From NCBI RefSeq assembly GCF_009914755.1, contig NC_060942.1: 64,000 bases of DNA; one strand, written 5' to 3'. Shown here in pieces: positions 1 to 12,668 of the stretch. Both the position numbers and the translations under genes were made by a program. The notes below the pieces were generated by a model. The model was not told the DNA's origin. It saw only the letters and a list, made by a program, of their open reading frames with translations, and ran no database searches. Position 1 is the first letter of the stretch; the number at the start of each line of letters is the position of its first letter. The DNA is from the human T2T-CHM13v2.0 reference genome, Homo sapiens.

Positions 1-619
1 ATATGGAATGAGATAACTGCAAAGGACTTATCACAGTGTGGTTGGTGGTAGTATTATTAGCTTTATTATAGGCTTGTTACCATAGATATGAACTGTGTTA
101 AATACTATGTTATCTAACTATGTTAAAAATCTATGTTACCGTAGATTGAAACTACGTTAGCTACTACAGTGACCATGGAAATGAATCTTTTCTCTTTAGA
201 TTTTTGCAAGCACATGCAAAGGTGCTTTTAGACTGTCTGCCCTCACCTTCTAACCTACCCAGAACTTATGAAAACATTAGCCTGGGCTGCCTTCAAGCCT
301 CCTCTCCCAAAACCACTACCAGAAAGCCTGTTCATGATCTTCCCCGTTGGAAACATTCTTGGTAACTCCAGGACAGGATCACACGCACCCTTGAATGCTG
401 CAGCACTTACTTTCCGTGCCATCACTGGGAGCTGACAAGCTGTCCTGAGTCACTGGTTAACAGTTTATGTGTATGCCCTAGTACGTGAAGATACCATAAA
501 CTTATAGCAAGCAGTTAGGGGCCATAGATATATGGTTTTATATTCTCCAACAGGGAATTTCCCTGTAATTTGGTGGCTCTAAATCAGCATGAGACTGATT
601 TAGAGCAGAGGCTCTGTAG

Positions 620-780
620 TAAAACAGGTCTGGAGTCAAATCTTGTCTCTGATTGTTATCGTGCCTTTGGGAAAGTAGAGATAATGGTTCCTGCTTCTCA
701 GGAATTCAGTGATGATTAAACAATGTTTTAGCACAGGCTTGGCTCATAACAAGTTCCCAATAAATAGCAGCTATAGTTAA
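620..780 (+). mobile_element. MIR SINE fragment
   Basis: Degenerate MIR-like motifs (ggagtcaaatcttgtctctg...tttgggaaagt...ataatggttcctgc...gatgattaaa...caataaatagcagctat); boundaries approximate. Confidence 0.55.
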
Positions 781-2717
781 TAACTATTTGTTGACTAATT
801 AATTGCATTAATAAATTAATAGGAACATCTATAATTTTGGACATCTCCCTTAGCACACCTTAAACGTCAGCTTTGCATTCATCAAACACCTAAGCGAGCA
901 TGTGTTTAGCTGCATGCGGTTCAAGAACACCCTGATTCTGCTCTGCAGCTCTCATGTTCATTAAGCAAATGCAGGGGAATTAGCAAGGCACACTTATTAA
1001 AAACAGGCTGGTCTAGAGGAGCCTCTCATGTTTAATACATTACAGACCCAGTGAACTGTAAAAATAAATGAAGGCCTGCAATTCTGTTGTTTTTGAAGCT
1101 CTTAATTTTTTTTTCCTCTTTGAACCTCTGGGGGAGGAAATATGTTTTGAAACCATGGGATGTAATAAACATGACAGCATCTTCTTAAAGATTCATCTAT
1201 AACCTGCACTCATCCGGACTGTATCGCAGGAGTGTTTTCTTGCTTTTCCAATAAGATGATCCCCTGAAAGAGAAGTAATGACAGTAATAAATAGCTTTAA
1301 TTGTCAAATGCATCTTAGATGATATTCATGCTTAGAAATGGAACATTCTAGCTGCTAGAATGGAAACCTCCCAGGGGTTTGATGGTAGATGTGGGGTTTG
1401 TAGTTATAGAATGGAGTTGGGTGGGAACTCTTGGTCAGCTGCTCCCAACCGTTTCCAAGCAAGGTCCCTCCGCTGGCCTCTGGTACAGTGGTCTCAAGTA
1501 GTCAGTCACTTCACTTCCAGGGACAAGCTGCACAAGATAGCTTTGCAATGCTGAAATGTTCCCAGGCAGGGGTCACATTTCCAAGACTTGATAAAGATGA
1601 AATGCGTTTGGTAATGCTTCCCTTTCCCCATCTGCCTCCCTGGTTCCCACATTTCTTTGCCTTTCTCAAGTGAAGGTTAGGATGCAGGAATATCCCAGAG
1701 ACCACCGAGGGGGCTGCACCCGCTCTTCTTCCCTCTTAGTGGATGTTCTGGCTTCCGGAACTCAGCACCCTGGGCCCTGCTCTCTGAGTTTCACATTCTT
1801 GGCCCCACGGTGCGAAGGTACTTCTGGGTTGGCCATTTTAACTTTGGTTAATCCTCAGCCTGCCTGTGTCTCCCCACCACCAGCCCCCAGAAAGCCTCAT
1901 TTCAACATAGCCTGTGAGATAGGCTTCCTATCAAATTTGATGAATACATTTGCTGCTCTCATGCTTCAGGTATTACGGGCCTCCTCTCTCCCCTTTGGGC
2001 TTCCTAATCTCTTCCACTTTTGCCCAGTTCATGGAGTCCACTTAACAACACAGCAGCTGACTATGGGACAATGTTAGAATCCTCCAGCATATGCACATTC
2101 CCCTGGAAATTGGGAAAGGGGGTGATATGAAGGGGAGATTCCTCATTTCCTCTGGCCAAGCGTCATTCCTGCCTTGGTGACGCAGACACTTCCTCCAGCT
2201 GGGTTCCTGATCTCCTCTGCATTCTCCTTTTGGGTGGCTCCCTTCCTACTCTAGGCCTGCAGCCTTGAGGGAACTTTATCCCTCCCTGGTCCATCCCATT
2301 CAACCTAGTCTAGTCCAGCCATTCCAAACCACATGCTGGCCAGCACTGGGAGCTGCCCCTGCGCTTGCTCTCTGTCCTCAGGAGCTCCATTAACTGATGT
2401 AGTAATTTGTTATTATACATTTCACATGTTTTAATTTCAGGAACCCGGAAAGCTAAAGCTAAGCACAAAAAATGAAAATAAAACCACCTTTAATCATAGA
2501 GATTGCACCTTGATAGTTTTAAACAAGGGTAGGTATGTATGTAGTACAGATACCCACACATTTGGATTCGGATGTTCTGATTGGATGTTAATTACATGTT
2601 GCCTGCATAATTTCCTCTTGCTTTTTTCTTGAGAGTTCCGTCTGCATTACGAGTCTGGACACATTCTCAACCCTTTTGAGTCTGCAATTAAGTGGTTGGC
2701 AGCTGTAAGTAATATTA

Positions 2718-2768
2718 GCCACTACTTTTAATGGAAAAAAACCGCAGTCACTTTTGCACCAACCTAGT
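2718..2768. mobile_element. MADE1 (Hsmar1-derived MITE), partial
   Basis: gccactacttttaatggaaaaaaaccgcagtcacttttgcaccaacctagta matches one MADE1 terminal inverted repeat plus the central spacer. Confidence 0.85.
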
Positions 2769-3279
2769 ATGACTTGATCTCTGTGGCCCTCATGAAACTG
2801 AGTCCACATTAGGTACCTAATAAGAAGGTCTGGGTTGTTTACTTTTTTTTGGTCCTGGGGATGTAACCCCACACAAGAGGCTCCCCTTCTCTCCCAGCCT
2901 GGCTTGTGAGAGTCATCCCGAGCTCTGAAGATAAAGGGTTAACCAGAGCACCCGCGTCAAAGGGCTTTCAAAACGCAGCCATGGCAGGGGCCTCCAAGCC
3001 TCTTGCAGTCACTGGAAGCCTTATCTGTGAGAGCAATCATGAGGGAGAGTCCGTTTTATGTGCTACAAAGGCGCTGCTTTCTTCTCTTCGTCTGACTGGA
3101 GCTCTTGAGATGGAGGGAAACTGTTGGCCACAGTTCTGAAAACTGCAGATAAAGGCTTTGATTTGTTAATTAAATTTTTACTATCTGCATTTGATATCTC
3201 AGCCAAATTGTATCCGCTGCAGGAACAACAAGAAAGTCTCTCACTTCAAAGGGGCGCCCACTTGGTGACCTGTAATTAC

Positions 3280-3730
3280 GGAATTTACTGCGGGGTGAAG
3301 CGCTGTCTGGGGCACACCTGCCGCCCTAGCGCCCCCACGCTGCCCCTCAATAACAGCCCCTTGTCCAGGCAGATTTCGAGCAGCCCCGGCTCCCCGCACT
3401 CGCGCAAGGGCGGGGTCTGGAGGAGCCGCGCAGGGCAGCCGCGCAGGGCAGTCCCGCAGGCTGGGCCGCCCACACCTGTCCCCGGGGCGCGCTGTCCTCT
3501 GCCCGGCAGCTGCTGCCGCCCCGCCCGCTCCGCCGCGGCCCCCACACGCTCTGCAACGCGTCCTTGGCAACCTGAAAGAATCGGCCTTCTTGTCCTCTCT
3601 CCTCATAGATGTCTCGGTGAAAAATGGCTTCTTTAATGAAAAAGTTAAAAGGCCGGAGCCACGCTGGGTGAGGTCACCTGCTGGCTCCAGGCAGCGTGAG
3701 CTGGGCCAGACTCTCCCGCTGCGGCGCAGG
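3280..3730. promoter_or_regulatory. CpG island / probable promoter with GC boxes and an RFX-like X-box
   Basis: Sharp rise in GC and CpG in non-repeat sequence; GC boxes gggcgggg (~3408) and ccgccccgccc (3516-3526); GCGTCCTTGGCAAC at 3558-3571; 13-bp tandem gcgcagggcagcc at ~3428-3452. Associated gene not recognised. Confidence 0.8.
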
Positions 3731-4454
3731 GGCCACCCCACCCTCTGCCCTTTCACTCCCCCTGGGGCAGGGCATTATTAAAGGATGTTTAGAGGTCCCC
3801 TATGTAGGGCTGCTGCCCTGGGAGGGGCGCATTCCAGAGTCAGCGCTGACCATTTTTTTGCATGAATGGAATCAAAATCTGCTAGCTGTCTGAAGGACTC
3901 CATTCCTCTGGTTTGATATAAGCGGAGTGGGGTTTGAGAAGCCTGAACAATTCTGCAGGACTTTCTGGTAGATTGGTTCCAACGCAGGCTTTGCTTTGAC
4001 CAGTTTTTCTTATTGTCTTTCATCTTTAATTTTAAAATTCAATTTTAGTACTATTGTTTTAAATTAAAAAAAAAACTGTCAAGCCATTTAGGAAAGGTGT
4101 AAAGTATATTCCAACTGGCGAAAAAGTACAAAATTTAATTTAAAAAAGCATTTTGGATCCACACAATTTTCATATGAGATGGGGATGTATTTTCTCAGAT
4201 GAAAGGTCTGGTTGTTTCAGCTCTGGGGGTCCCCCTGATGACTGGTGTGTTGGTCTGCATACAGTGGGGATTCATCCCCGGAAGAGGAAGTGGGGGGAAA
4301 GAAACACTTGCTAGTGAGCTTATGCCGCATCCCAGGGTACGGTCTCACATGAGACACGGAATGTTGAGCTGTTGATCTGGTTTTGAAAACATAGGCTTGC
4401 TGATTATCTGACAAAATCCACCCTCTTGTATCTGTTGCAAAGTTGACCACTTAC

Positions 4455-4523
4455 CATTAATCCACCTGCCTCCCAGGGCTCTCCTCAAGAAATCTGATTT
4501 CATTTGCTGTTGGTTGGTTTCTT
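4455..4523 (-). other. Candidate 69-nt exon (minus strand)
   Basis: Minus strand reads gctacttttcag|AAGAAACC...GGATTAATG|gtaagt: consensus donor and moderate acceptor. Motif evidence only. Confidence 0.25.
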
Positions 4524-4754
4524 CTGAAAAGTAGCTTCTGAATATCACTGTAAGGCTTTTAACCAGTTAGGATCTTAATGGTGTGAGAGTGTTCTATTGC
4601 TGACCTTGTCACTCGAAGTAAAAACCTTTTTAAAAACTCACAAACTCCTTGGTAGGCTCTTGCCTGATGCCTGAAATAGAAGACACAGCAATAGGTCAGG
4701 AAGCCATACAATTCACGGTGAGCAGGAGAAACCCATGGCAGATGGCAGCAGTGA

Positions 4755-4758
<4 letters not shown>

Positions 4759-4790
<32 letters not shown>
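4759..4790. repeat. (TG)16 microsatellite
   Basis: Perfect TG run. Confidence 0.97.
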
Positions 4791-4794
<4 letters not shown>

Positions 4795-5225
4795 AAAGAG
4801 TACAGATGAATGGCCAAAGAGATGCATAGGGCAAGGATTGGGGAAGGGTCTCAGAGCCTCCATGCCCTGTGGGTATGCCACCCCCACAGCGCCTGAAGAC
4901 GTTCACCAACCTAAAAGCTCATCAAATCTCCATTGCTCAAGAGGTTGATAGAAATTAATCTTCAGCCCTGCTCCCCTTCTCGGAGGTTGGTGGATGGGGC
5001 TGGAAGTCCCATCTCTCTGATCACAGGGTCTTTCTGGCCACCAGCTTTATCCTGGGGCTATCTAGCGGCCCCACCCTAAGTCACCTCCTCAGCATAAACA
5101 CCCATGTGAGAGAAAGGGGCTCTTGAATAACAGAAGACACCCCTACCACACAGGAAATTCCAAGAGGCTTAGAAGCTCTGTGCCAGCCACTGGAGAGAAA
5201 GACCAAATATATTTCTTCTACCATA
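4791..5225 (-). mobile_element. MER21-family LTR (partial)
   Basis: Ends in ggaaattccaagaggcttagaagctctgtgcc...aaagaccaaatatatttc, the reverse complement of the MER21 5' end; similar to the copy at 28675-29797. Confidence 0.75.
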
Positions 5226-5333
5226 TGATGGCACTTAAAGACTATTGGTTCTTCCAAAACACCTTCCTCTAATTGTTAGAGTGAAATCAAGATTGCCTGC
5301 AAAACAAAATATGGTAAAAGATGTATCTTTTAT

Positions 5334-6059
5334 TGAAACCAGGCCGGTTCCCTTGTCCTCCTCACAGGGCGTGCAATGGTGATGTGGCTCGCTTCTTCAG
5401 TGTCTGGCTACTCATAGCTCTAGGAGCGCATACAGACAGGCAGACTGTGGGACTCCGACCCCACCACAATGTCTAGGGGTGGATATTTACAGCTGGAGCC
5501 CCAGTGGGCTTGTGTTACAGGTGCTCTTTTAGATTGCTGTCTATAGGTGGCTTGCGTTAACCAGCTCAATTAGACTTCCTTAAAACAAGGACACAGGGAT
5601 ATCTGTATCTCCCAGTTTCTTGCCTTGGTGTACCGGAAGAATGGGATCATATGTGACTTTAGGAATAAATGCAAGGTTTTATTGAGTAGAAGTGGCTCTC
5701 AGCAGATGGGAGAGCCAGAAAGTACATGGTTTTACCCTGGAGTCAGGCTGCTCTGCGGCCCGGCTCTTCTAGCTTTTCTCTGACTGCTCAGTCCAAACTA
5801 CGCGTCCTTCCGCCAGTCAATGGCCTGCCAGCCTCCCAGTGGCTCTTCTCCCTGTGGGCTCTCCATGACCAGGCGACTGACCAGCCGCTTGTGTCTACTT
5901 CCGCGGATGCGCTCCTCACGATGTCCAGCTACCTCTGTGTCTGCCAGCTAACATCTCAGGTTTTTATAGGCCCAGGATGGGGGCGTGGCAGGCCGGGGTG
6001 GTCTTGGGAAATGAAACATTTAGGCAGGAAATGCCTGTCCTCACCTAGGTCGGTGGGGG
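5334..6059 (-). mobile_element. LTR1/LTR28-like ERV1 LTR, cut at its right end by the duplicated segment
   Basis: Starts tgaaacc; contains gcaaggttttattgag (poly(A) signal on minus) and ggtttttatagg (TATA on minus); stops abruptly at cctaggtcggtggggg where the duplication begins. Confidence 0.7.
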
Positions 6060-6582
6060 AAGGGAAGGGAGACTGACATAATGTTGTCTGACATAATGTT
6101 GTCTGATCTCTGGCATCTCAGTAGGAATCGAAATGTGCTCAAGTCAATTAGGTTATGCTCTTAGATGTCTTCATGCTCATTAACAACACAAGGAGCCCTT
6201 GACTAAAATGACACTAACCACATGCAAGTAAGGTGTGATCAGACAGACCCAGGCCACAAACAGTTCTGCACATTCCAACTGTTCCATTCATTGCCCTTTC
6301 GGGAGGGAATCTGAGAGCTATGCTTGATGAGGAAAAGCCCTTCTCTGGTAGTTTGCTGGTCCCCTAGTGGTCACCTCATCCCTGCCACATGCACAGACAC
6401 ACTGAGCACCCATTTGCAAGACATTGCTTACGAACTGATCAAGGGTCAGAGATGAAGTGGAGGGAGGCAGTATTTTCAGTGGACGTAAGCCCTGAGCCCA
6501 TGTGCTGATGCCCAGGGGCATGTGTTGGGCACTCAGGGTATGTGTAAGCATCTGCCAGCCTTGGACAGGGAAGGAGAACCAT
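6060..6582 (+). repeat. Dispersed direct duplication, derived copy of 16370-16893
   Basis: Hand alignment at offset 10311: 3 substitutions (6361/16672, 6421/16732, 6435/16746), a 16-nt deletion and a 15-nt tandem duplication at the left end. Confidence 0.97.
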
Positions 6583-7674
6583 ATTATTTCTAATTTATGA
6601 TTTGATGTGACATTATGGGTTAAGAGGAATAAGAAATTAGACTTGCTTCTGTGTTAAGGTATAACTGAGGTGCTGTGATTCCCATTTTCTGTTTCCCATT
6701 TTACCTTGGGGGCTCAAGGACATCCCAGCATCACCTGATTATCTCTTGTTAGAAAAAAAGCACATGGTTCTAACTACTGTTAGTCATGTTTCCCAAAAGA
6801 TCATGAAAACTTGGGGGCTATTCGATATAACTTTGGTTTTTTCTATGTATAGTTGCTCAGAGATAACAATAAGAAAATATGATTATGATTCATATCTTCC
6901 ACAAATGCTGGGAAACAGTGTTAAAATTCATTTCAAGTCTGTTTAGTCATCAGCTGTATTAAGGGCCAAGATGGCATATTAAGATGGATAAAGATGGCCT
7001 GGGATCAATGTGGATGGGCCTGATAACTACCATCCACTCTCCCTGTCTTTCCGGGGCCTTTAACAAGGTGACTGAGTGTTCTAATAAAATGCAGAGTGGA
7101 CTCCTTCCAGATGCCACCCTTCCCAGCTAAAGGAAAGCTGGGGGGTTCCAACCCAGTGAAGGACTTCTCCCTGACTCATTCCTCCATTCTAGGGAGCCAG
7201 TTAATGAAAACCACATATGTGCTTTGACAGATCCTTTCAAATCACATCAGTTTGGCATAAATGGACTAGAGGTAGTTCCTTGGACAAAGGCTGGGGTAAC
7301 TCTCGATCTCCAGCCTTATTTCTGATGACCTGAGGAAGACAGCTAGCCTCTTTGACCAGGAATCCCTGGAAAGGCCATCTGAATGGGCCCAATGTAAGTG
7401 ATCAGATAATGCAGACTTGGCTTGCTTTATAGCAAGGTGGACTGATTGCCTATGGAGTGTATGCATAGAGAAGCCGGGACGTGACTGACTGGAGGAGGCG
7501 TAAGTCCTACAAAGCTCTGAGCTTCAAAGGGAAAGGAGGATGGATGCTCTAAGGCCCAGGTGGTGAACCAGAAAGTGTGGCTTCCGTAGATCTGAGAAGT
7601 GGCCCACAGGCAGCCTGCAATGACCCAGTCCAATGTCCTGGAGAGGCCAGATTCCATTTGCACCCTCTGCAGCC

Positions 7675-8388
7675 TAATATCTGGGTTGGAATCCCTGGCC
7701 TCCTAGTAAGGTGTCAAGTTGAGGCAGGAAAATAGAGTCTGGGGCCAGAGAACCTAGGGCTGATTCACGCTGACTTCCTAGAACTGAATCAAAAGGAAAA
7801 ACTTCACCTCTCCACACCCAAGTAACAAAAGAATCAGAGGTACTCCTTTTGCAACTACCCCCGTCTCCACTGCAAGGCAGATGAAAACTGGAAAGTACCT
7901 TTGATTGATTATCTCCCGCAACCAATCAGACTGATCACGGGCCTAAGTCTTCATTTGCATAGAGTGTAACTAGGTAACCAATGGGAAACCTCTGGAGGTT
8001 TCCCAGAAAATTCTGTAACCTCAGAAAATTCTGTAACCAGCACTCTTGAGGGGCTCACTTGCATCTGCTCCCGCTATGTGGAGTGTACTTTCGTTTCAAT
8101 AAATCTGCTTTCATTGCTTAATTTTTTCATTGCTTTGTGTGTTTTGTCCAATTCTCTGTTCAAAATACCAAGAATCTGTACGACTTGTAGTCAAGGCCCT
8201 CCACCAGTAACAAGGTGACCTTGGGCAAGGTCATGTGTTATCTGAATTATCTCCTTTACCACTAAAATGGGGCGAGCAGTAGCATCTACTCCCGAGCAGT
8301 TGTTGTAAAGATTATGTGAATTAATCCATGTACGTCCTCAGAGGACTGTCTGCTGCATAGTTATTACTCGAGTGTTAGTTATTATTAC
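7675..8388 (+). mobile_element. MIR SINE split by the MER51 LTR
   Basis: ctgggttggaatccctggc left of the LTR continues as gtgaccttgggcaaggtca...taaaatgggg...gttgttgtaaagatta...gttagttattatta on the right. Confidence 0.7.
7720..8212 (+). mobile_element. MER51-family solo LTR (ERV1)
   Basis: TG...CA ends (tgaggcaggaaaatag...ccagtaaca), CCAAT boxes, octamer atttgcat (~7954), AATAAA (~8098), 4-bp TSD aagt/aggt with one mismatch. Confidence 0.85.
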
Positions 8389-8422
8389 TAGATGGAGGCT
8401 GAATCCTTTTCTTGTGAACTTT

Positions 8423-8722
<300 letters not shown>

Positions 8723-8859
8723 TTCTCGTGAACTTTCAATATCTCCTTGTCATGCCCTATGGTTAACCTAAGAGTTGATAGGGCAAGACAGTCTTCTACA
8801 GCACACCTTTGTGCTATGTGGGGTTTGGTCTTAGACACTGTGAGAAGTCAGGGAGGGCA

Positions 8860-9110
8860 TAAGAGGGGACATAACCAGCTCAGGTATTCAGAAAGACCAA
8901 TCTGGAGTCAGTGTAGAGAATGGACCTAGACCTGCAGCTGGGATCAGGGCAGGTAATGAGTCTGGGAGAGAGGGCCTGGCCAGGGCAGCTACATCAGGGG
9001 AAGGGGACACGCTCCAGAGGACTGAGGAGATGGGGCAGTGTTTTCATGAATCAGATGTGTGTAGTGAAGGGGAGAGAGAGAGAGAAGTCAAGGATAGATT
9101 TCAGGTTTGT
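8860..9110 (-). mobile_element. L2 LINE fragment
   Basis: Purine-rich degenerate L2-like text (aaagaccaatctgg...gtgtagagaatgga...gaagtcaaggatagatt). Confidence 0.5.
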
Positions 9111-9279
9111 AAACTTGTAGGTATTAGTGAGTTTTTTTTTAAATAATAATTTATTTTTTAGTGGTGTTGGGAATAATTCAGAGGCAGTGCCTTCAGAATG
9201 CTGAATGTCAAGATGATTAAAGTCAGCATTAACACTGGGTCATCTTGGACTGGAGAACTGCCTTTCAGCCCCTTAGCTC

Positions 9280-9600
9280 CTAGTTTTTAGGGAAGCCATT
9301 TTCCCACCGCTCTGAAGTATGGATGACCATGTGACTCCTTCAGGCTAACCAAAAAGTGTTTTATTGCTGGTGCCATGTCTACACCTTTCTCTTCTCTTGC
9401 CATGGGAATGATGGGAGCTCAGGAGACTTGGAGGTGCCCTAAGCCTGAACCCCTGAGCCATCCCATGAAGGACAGCAGCTGTGGAGAGTCACCGAGACCT
9501 CTAGGGTACTTTGCATGGGTGAGAAATAAACTTTTGTGGTGTGAAGCCGTTGAGATTTAATGGTTGTTTCTAGCATGACCTACCATATTCTGATTACACA
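9280..9600 (+). mobile_element. MLT1 (MaLR) LTR, old subfamily
   Basis: 3' end gagaaataaacttttgtggtgtgaagccgttgagattt...ctgattacaca typical of MLT1J/I/K. Confidence 0.65.
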
Positions 9601-10399
9601 GTGGAGAGAGAATGAATGAGATATGTATATTAAGCACCTTGGACACATAATAGCTAACCACAGCTGTTACTGGTATTAGTCTAGATCCTGATACTAACTT
9701 CGTCAGTGACCTGAAGCACTCGCCTAGCTGAGGCTAAGTTTCCTCCTCTGTGAAAAGAGTAAGAACAGGGAACCATGAGGGTCCCTTCTAGGGTGAAGGT
9801 CCTGTGGATAGATACACTATGAATACTGACAATGGGGAAGAAATGAAAAGTGAAAAATTGTGGAGCAGAAAGCGTTGCTAGATCCAAGGAAAAGCAGGAG
9901 ATCATGTAGTCAGACTCCTCTCAGTTTCCAGTCTCCCTGGAAGGGATCCTCCTCCTCCTCTGGGAGGAAGGAAGGGGAGAGAAAACTCCACTGGGGATTC
10001 CGGGCTGGCCGGGAGGCATGTGGTTAGCTTTCTCTCCTTGTAGAATCAATGAGTTTAAGAATCGGTGGGATTTTGTAGGAATTTGTCTTGTAAGGTTACA
10101 GTGTATTAAAAACTCTTGGAAACTGAAGTCCCGTCCCTTAGAAATAGTAGTCATATGGTAGAAAAATCTGGAAAATAGTAATGACTCAATAAATGTGTTT
10201 TTCTTTTCTCCTTTCTTGTCCAAGCTTCATAACTAATGCCTATCTCTTCTGACTAAAGAGAACTGCTTCTCTTCTTTTCTGTTCAGATATAAACAAGTGC
10301 TATTTTATACATCCAACATTCACTTTATGCGCCCATATATTTACCATTCACGATCTCTGGCATTTCATCTAAGAAAGCCTGTTAGGATTTCACTTAGTA

Positions 10400-11125
<726 letters not shown>

Positions 11126-11134
11126 AATAATTAA

Positions 11135-12170
11135 ACAATTAATCATTCTTTTGCTTAACAGATATTTACTGAGCGCATACCCCAGATCTTGGAGTCTAGT
11201 GGTGGGAGAAGACAGGAAATAGTTGATCTCAGCATGAACGATCAATGTGGCCCTGGTGGCAAGTGCATGTGCTTTGGGAGCACATCCTGTTGGGGTTGCT
11301 GTTGAAACCAAGTCCTGAAGGACAAGTAGAGGATCAGCAGGCAAAGCGTGTGAGAAGGCTGGAGAGAGTGTTTCCATATGTGGGTCTCCATCTGTAAAGC
11401 TCCAGGAGATGAGGGCATGAAGGGCATGTGGAACTGCAAGGAGGCCAGTGTGTCTGAAACATGGTGCAGGACAGCGGGATCTGTGGAGGACAGGGCCAGA
11501 GATAAAGCCCGTTTTTCCAGGGCCCATCTCCAGCCGCTGCATTTCTTTCGAGCTTTGGACAGACTATCTGCTTCCCATATGACATTTTTTCCAGGATGAT
11601 TCAAGCCACTTCAAACTCAACTTGTCTGGAGCTGACTCATCCTTCTCAAATCTCAGCCTCCTCCAGAATCCCCGCCCCTGACTCAGTTGCACTCCTAGAA
11701 AACTGGACAGTGTTCCCTGCAGGCCTGGCAGCCCTGCAAGGAGGGAATGACTTGAGAAGAGTTTTTGCTTCAGAAAGCTCACCCTTGACTGCAGTGTGGA
11801 GCAAGGATTGGAGGGATGAACTGGAAGCAGGGGCCCCTGCGAGGGGAATGTTACTCTAGTGCAGGTGGAGAGGATACGGGCCCATCCACACTGGCAGCAG
11901 CAGAGTGGTGGGAGAGTGGAAAGGGGTGAGCAGCAGAAAGGAAGTCGACTTGGTGAGATTTGGTGACTGATGGGAGGGGAGGCAGACTGTGGGTTTGAAG
12001 CACTGGGCCAATGGCAGACTCATGTAGGAGTGAGAGGGGCCCTAGGACGGCAGGTGGTCAGGGTGGCTTTGGGCTTGTTGAACTGAAGTGGTGCCCAGGA
12101 GGAAGCTGAGCTGCAGCTCTTAGTTTCAGGCGAAAAATCAGCCCTGCAGACACAGGGCCGGGATTTGTTA
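11135..12170 (-). mobile_element. L2 LINE fragments
   Basis: Antisense L2 3' end (aacagatatttactgagcgcatac) followed by purine-rich L2 body; a short opposite-strand L2-like piece near 11570-11690. Confidence 0.6.
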
Positions 12171-12573
12171 CCCAATCTGTTGTAAAGTGCTTCCTTCACA
12201 GTATGCCTTTGCTCTGAATAACTCTAACCCCACAGACTTACTCAAGTGTCACTTTACAAACTCTGACACAGTGAAAAAAAAGTCTCTCTTTTTTTCTCCT
12301 ACCCCCATTTTCATGCAGGAAATAACAACAAAGACCCAGGTCAGAGATGAGTCTTTGTAGAGCTTCCCAAAGTGATTTGAGGCTGGGAGGCTATAGTCAG
12401 TGGAATATAGAATTTGTGCAAAAGCTGGAGAAGGCTGACAGTGGCGGTCAGGGAAATCTAAATTGGCCCCAGCTGACAACCTCATCCCAAGCTTGGTGGG
12501 GCCCCACCCCCTGCTGAGAGAGCCACCCATTCAGGCCCCTGGGCTTTGTAAATAGTTTCTGTTTAGTTTTCAG

Positions 12574-12668
12574 CTCACAAGAAGCAAGCACATAAAAGAG
12601 TTAGTCATCGGGCCGATTCAGCAGGGCACACATTAGCTAGATATTGACCTGGGCTCCTTTCACACCAG
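12574..12668 (+). other. Candidate 95-nt exon (noncoding)
   Basis: gtttctgtttagttttcag|CTCACA...CACCAG|gtgagt: strong acceptor and perfect donor in unique sequence. Confidence 0.4.

Noticed and set aside
1344-1362. Perfect 9-bp inverted repeat cattctagc-t-gctagaatg
   Set aside because: Too short for a miRNA or MITE and plausible by chance in 64 kb.
3124-3781. Overlapping 60-170-aa ORFs over the CpG island
   Set aside because: Pro/Arg/Ala/Gly-rich frames expected from high GC content; no recognisable domain.
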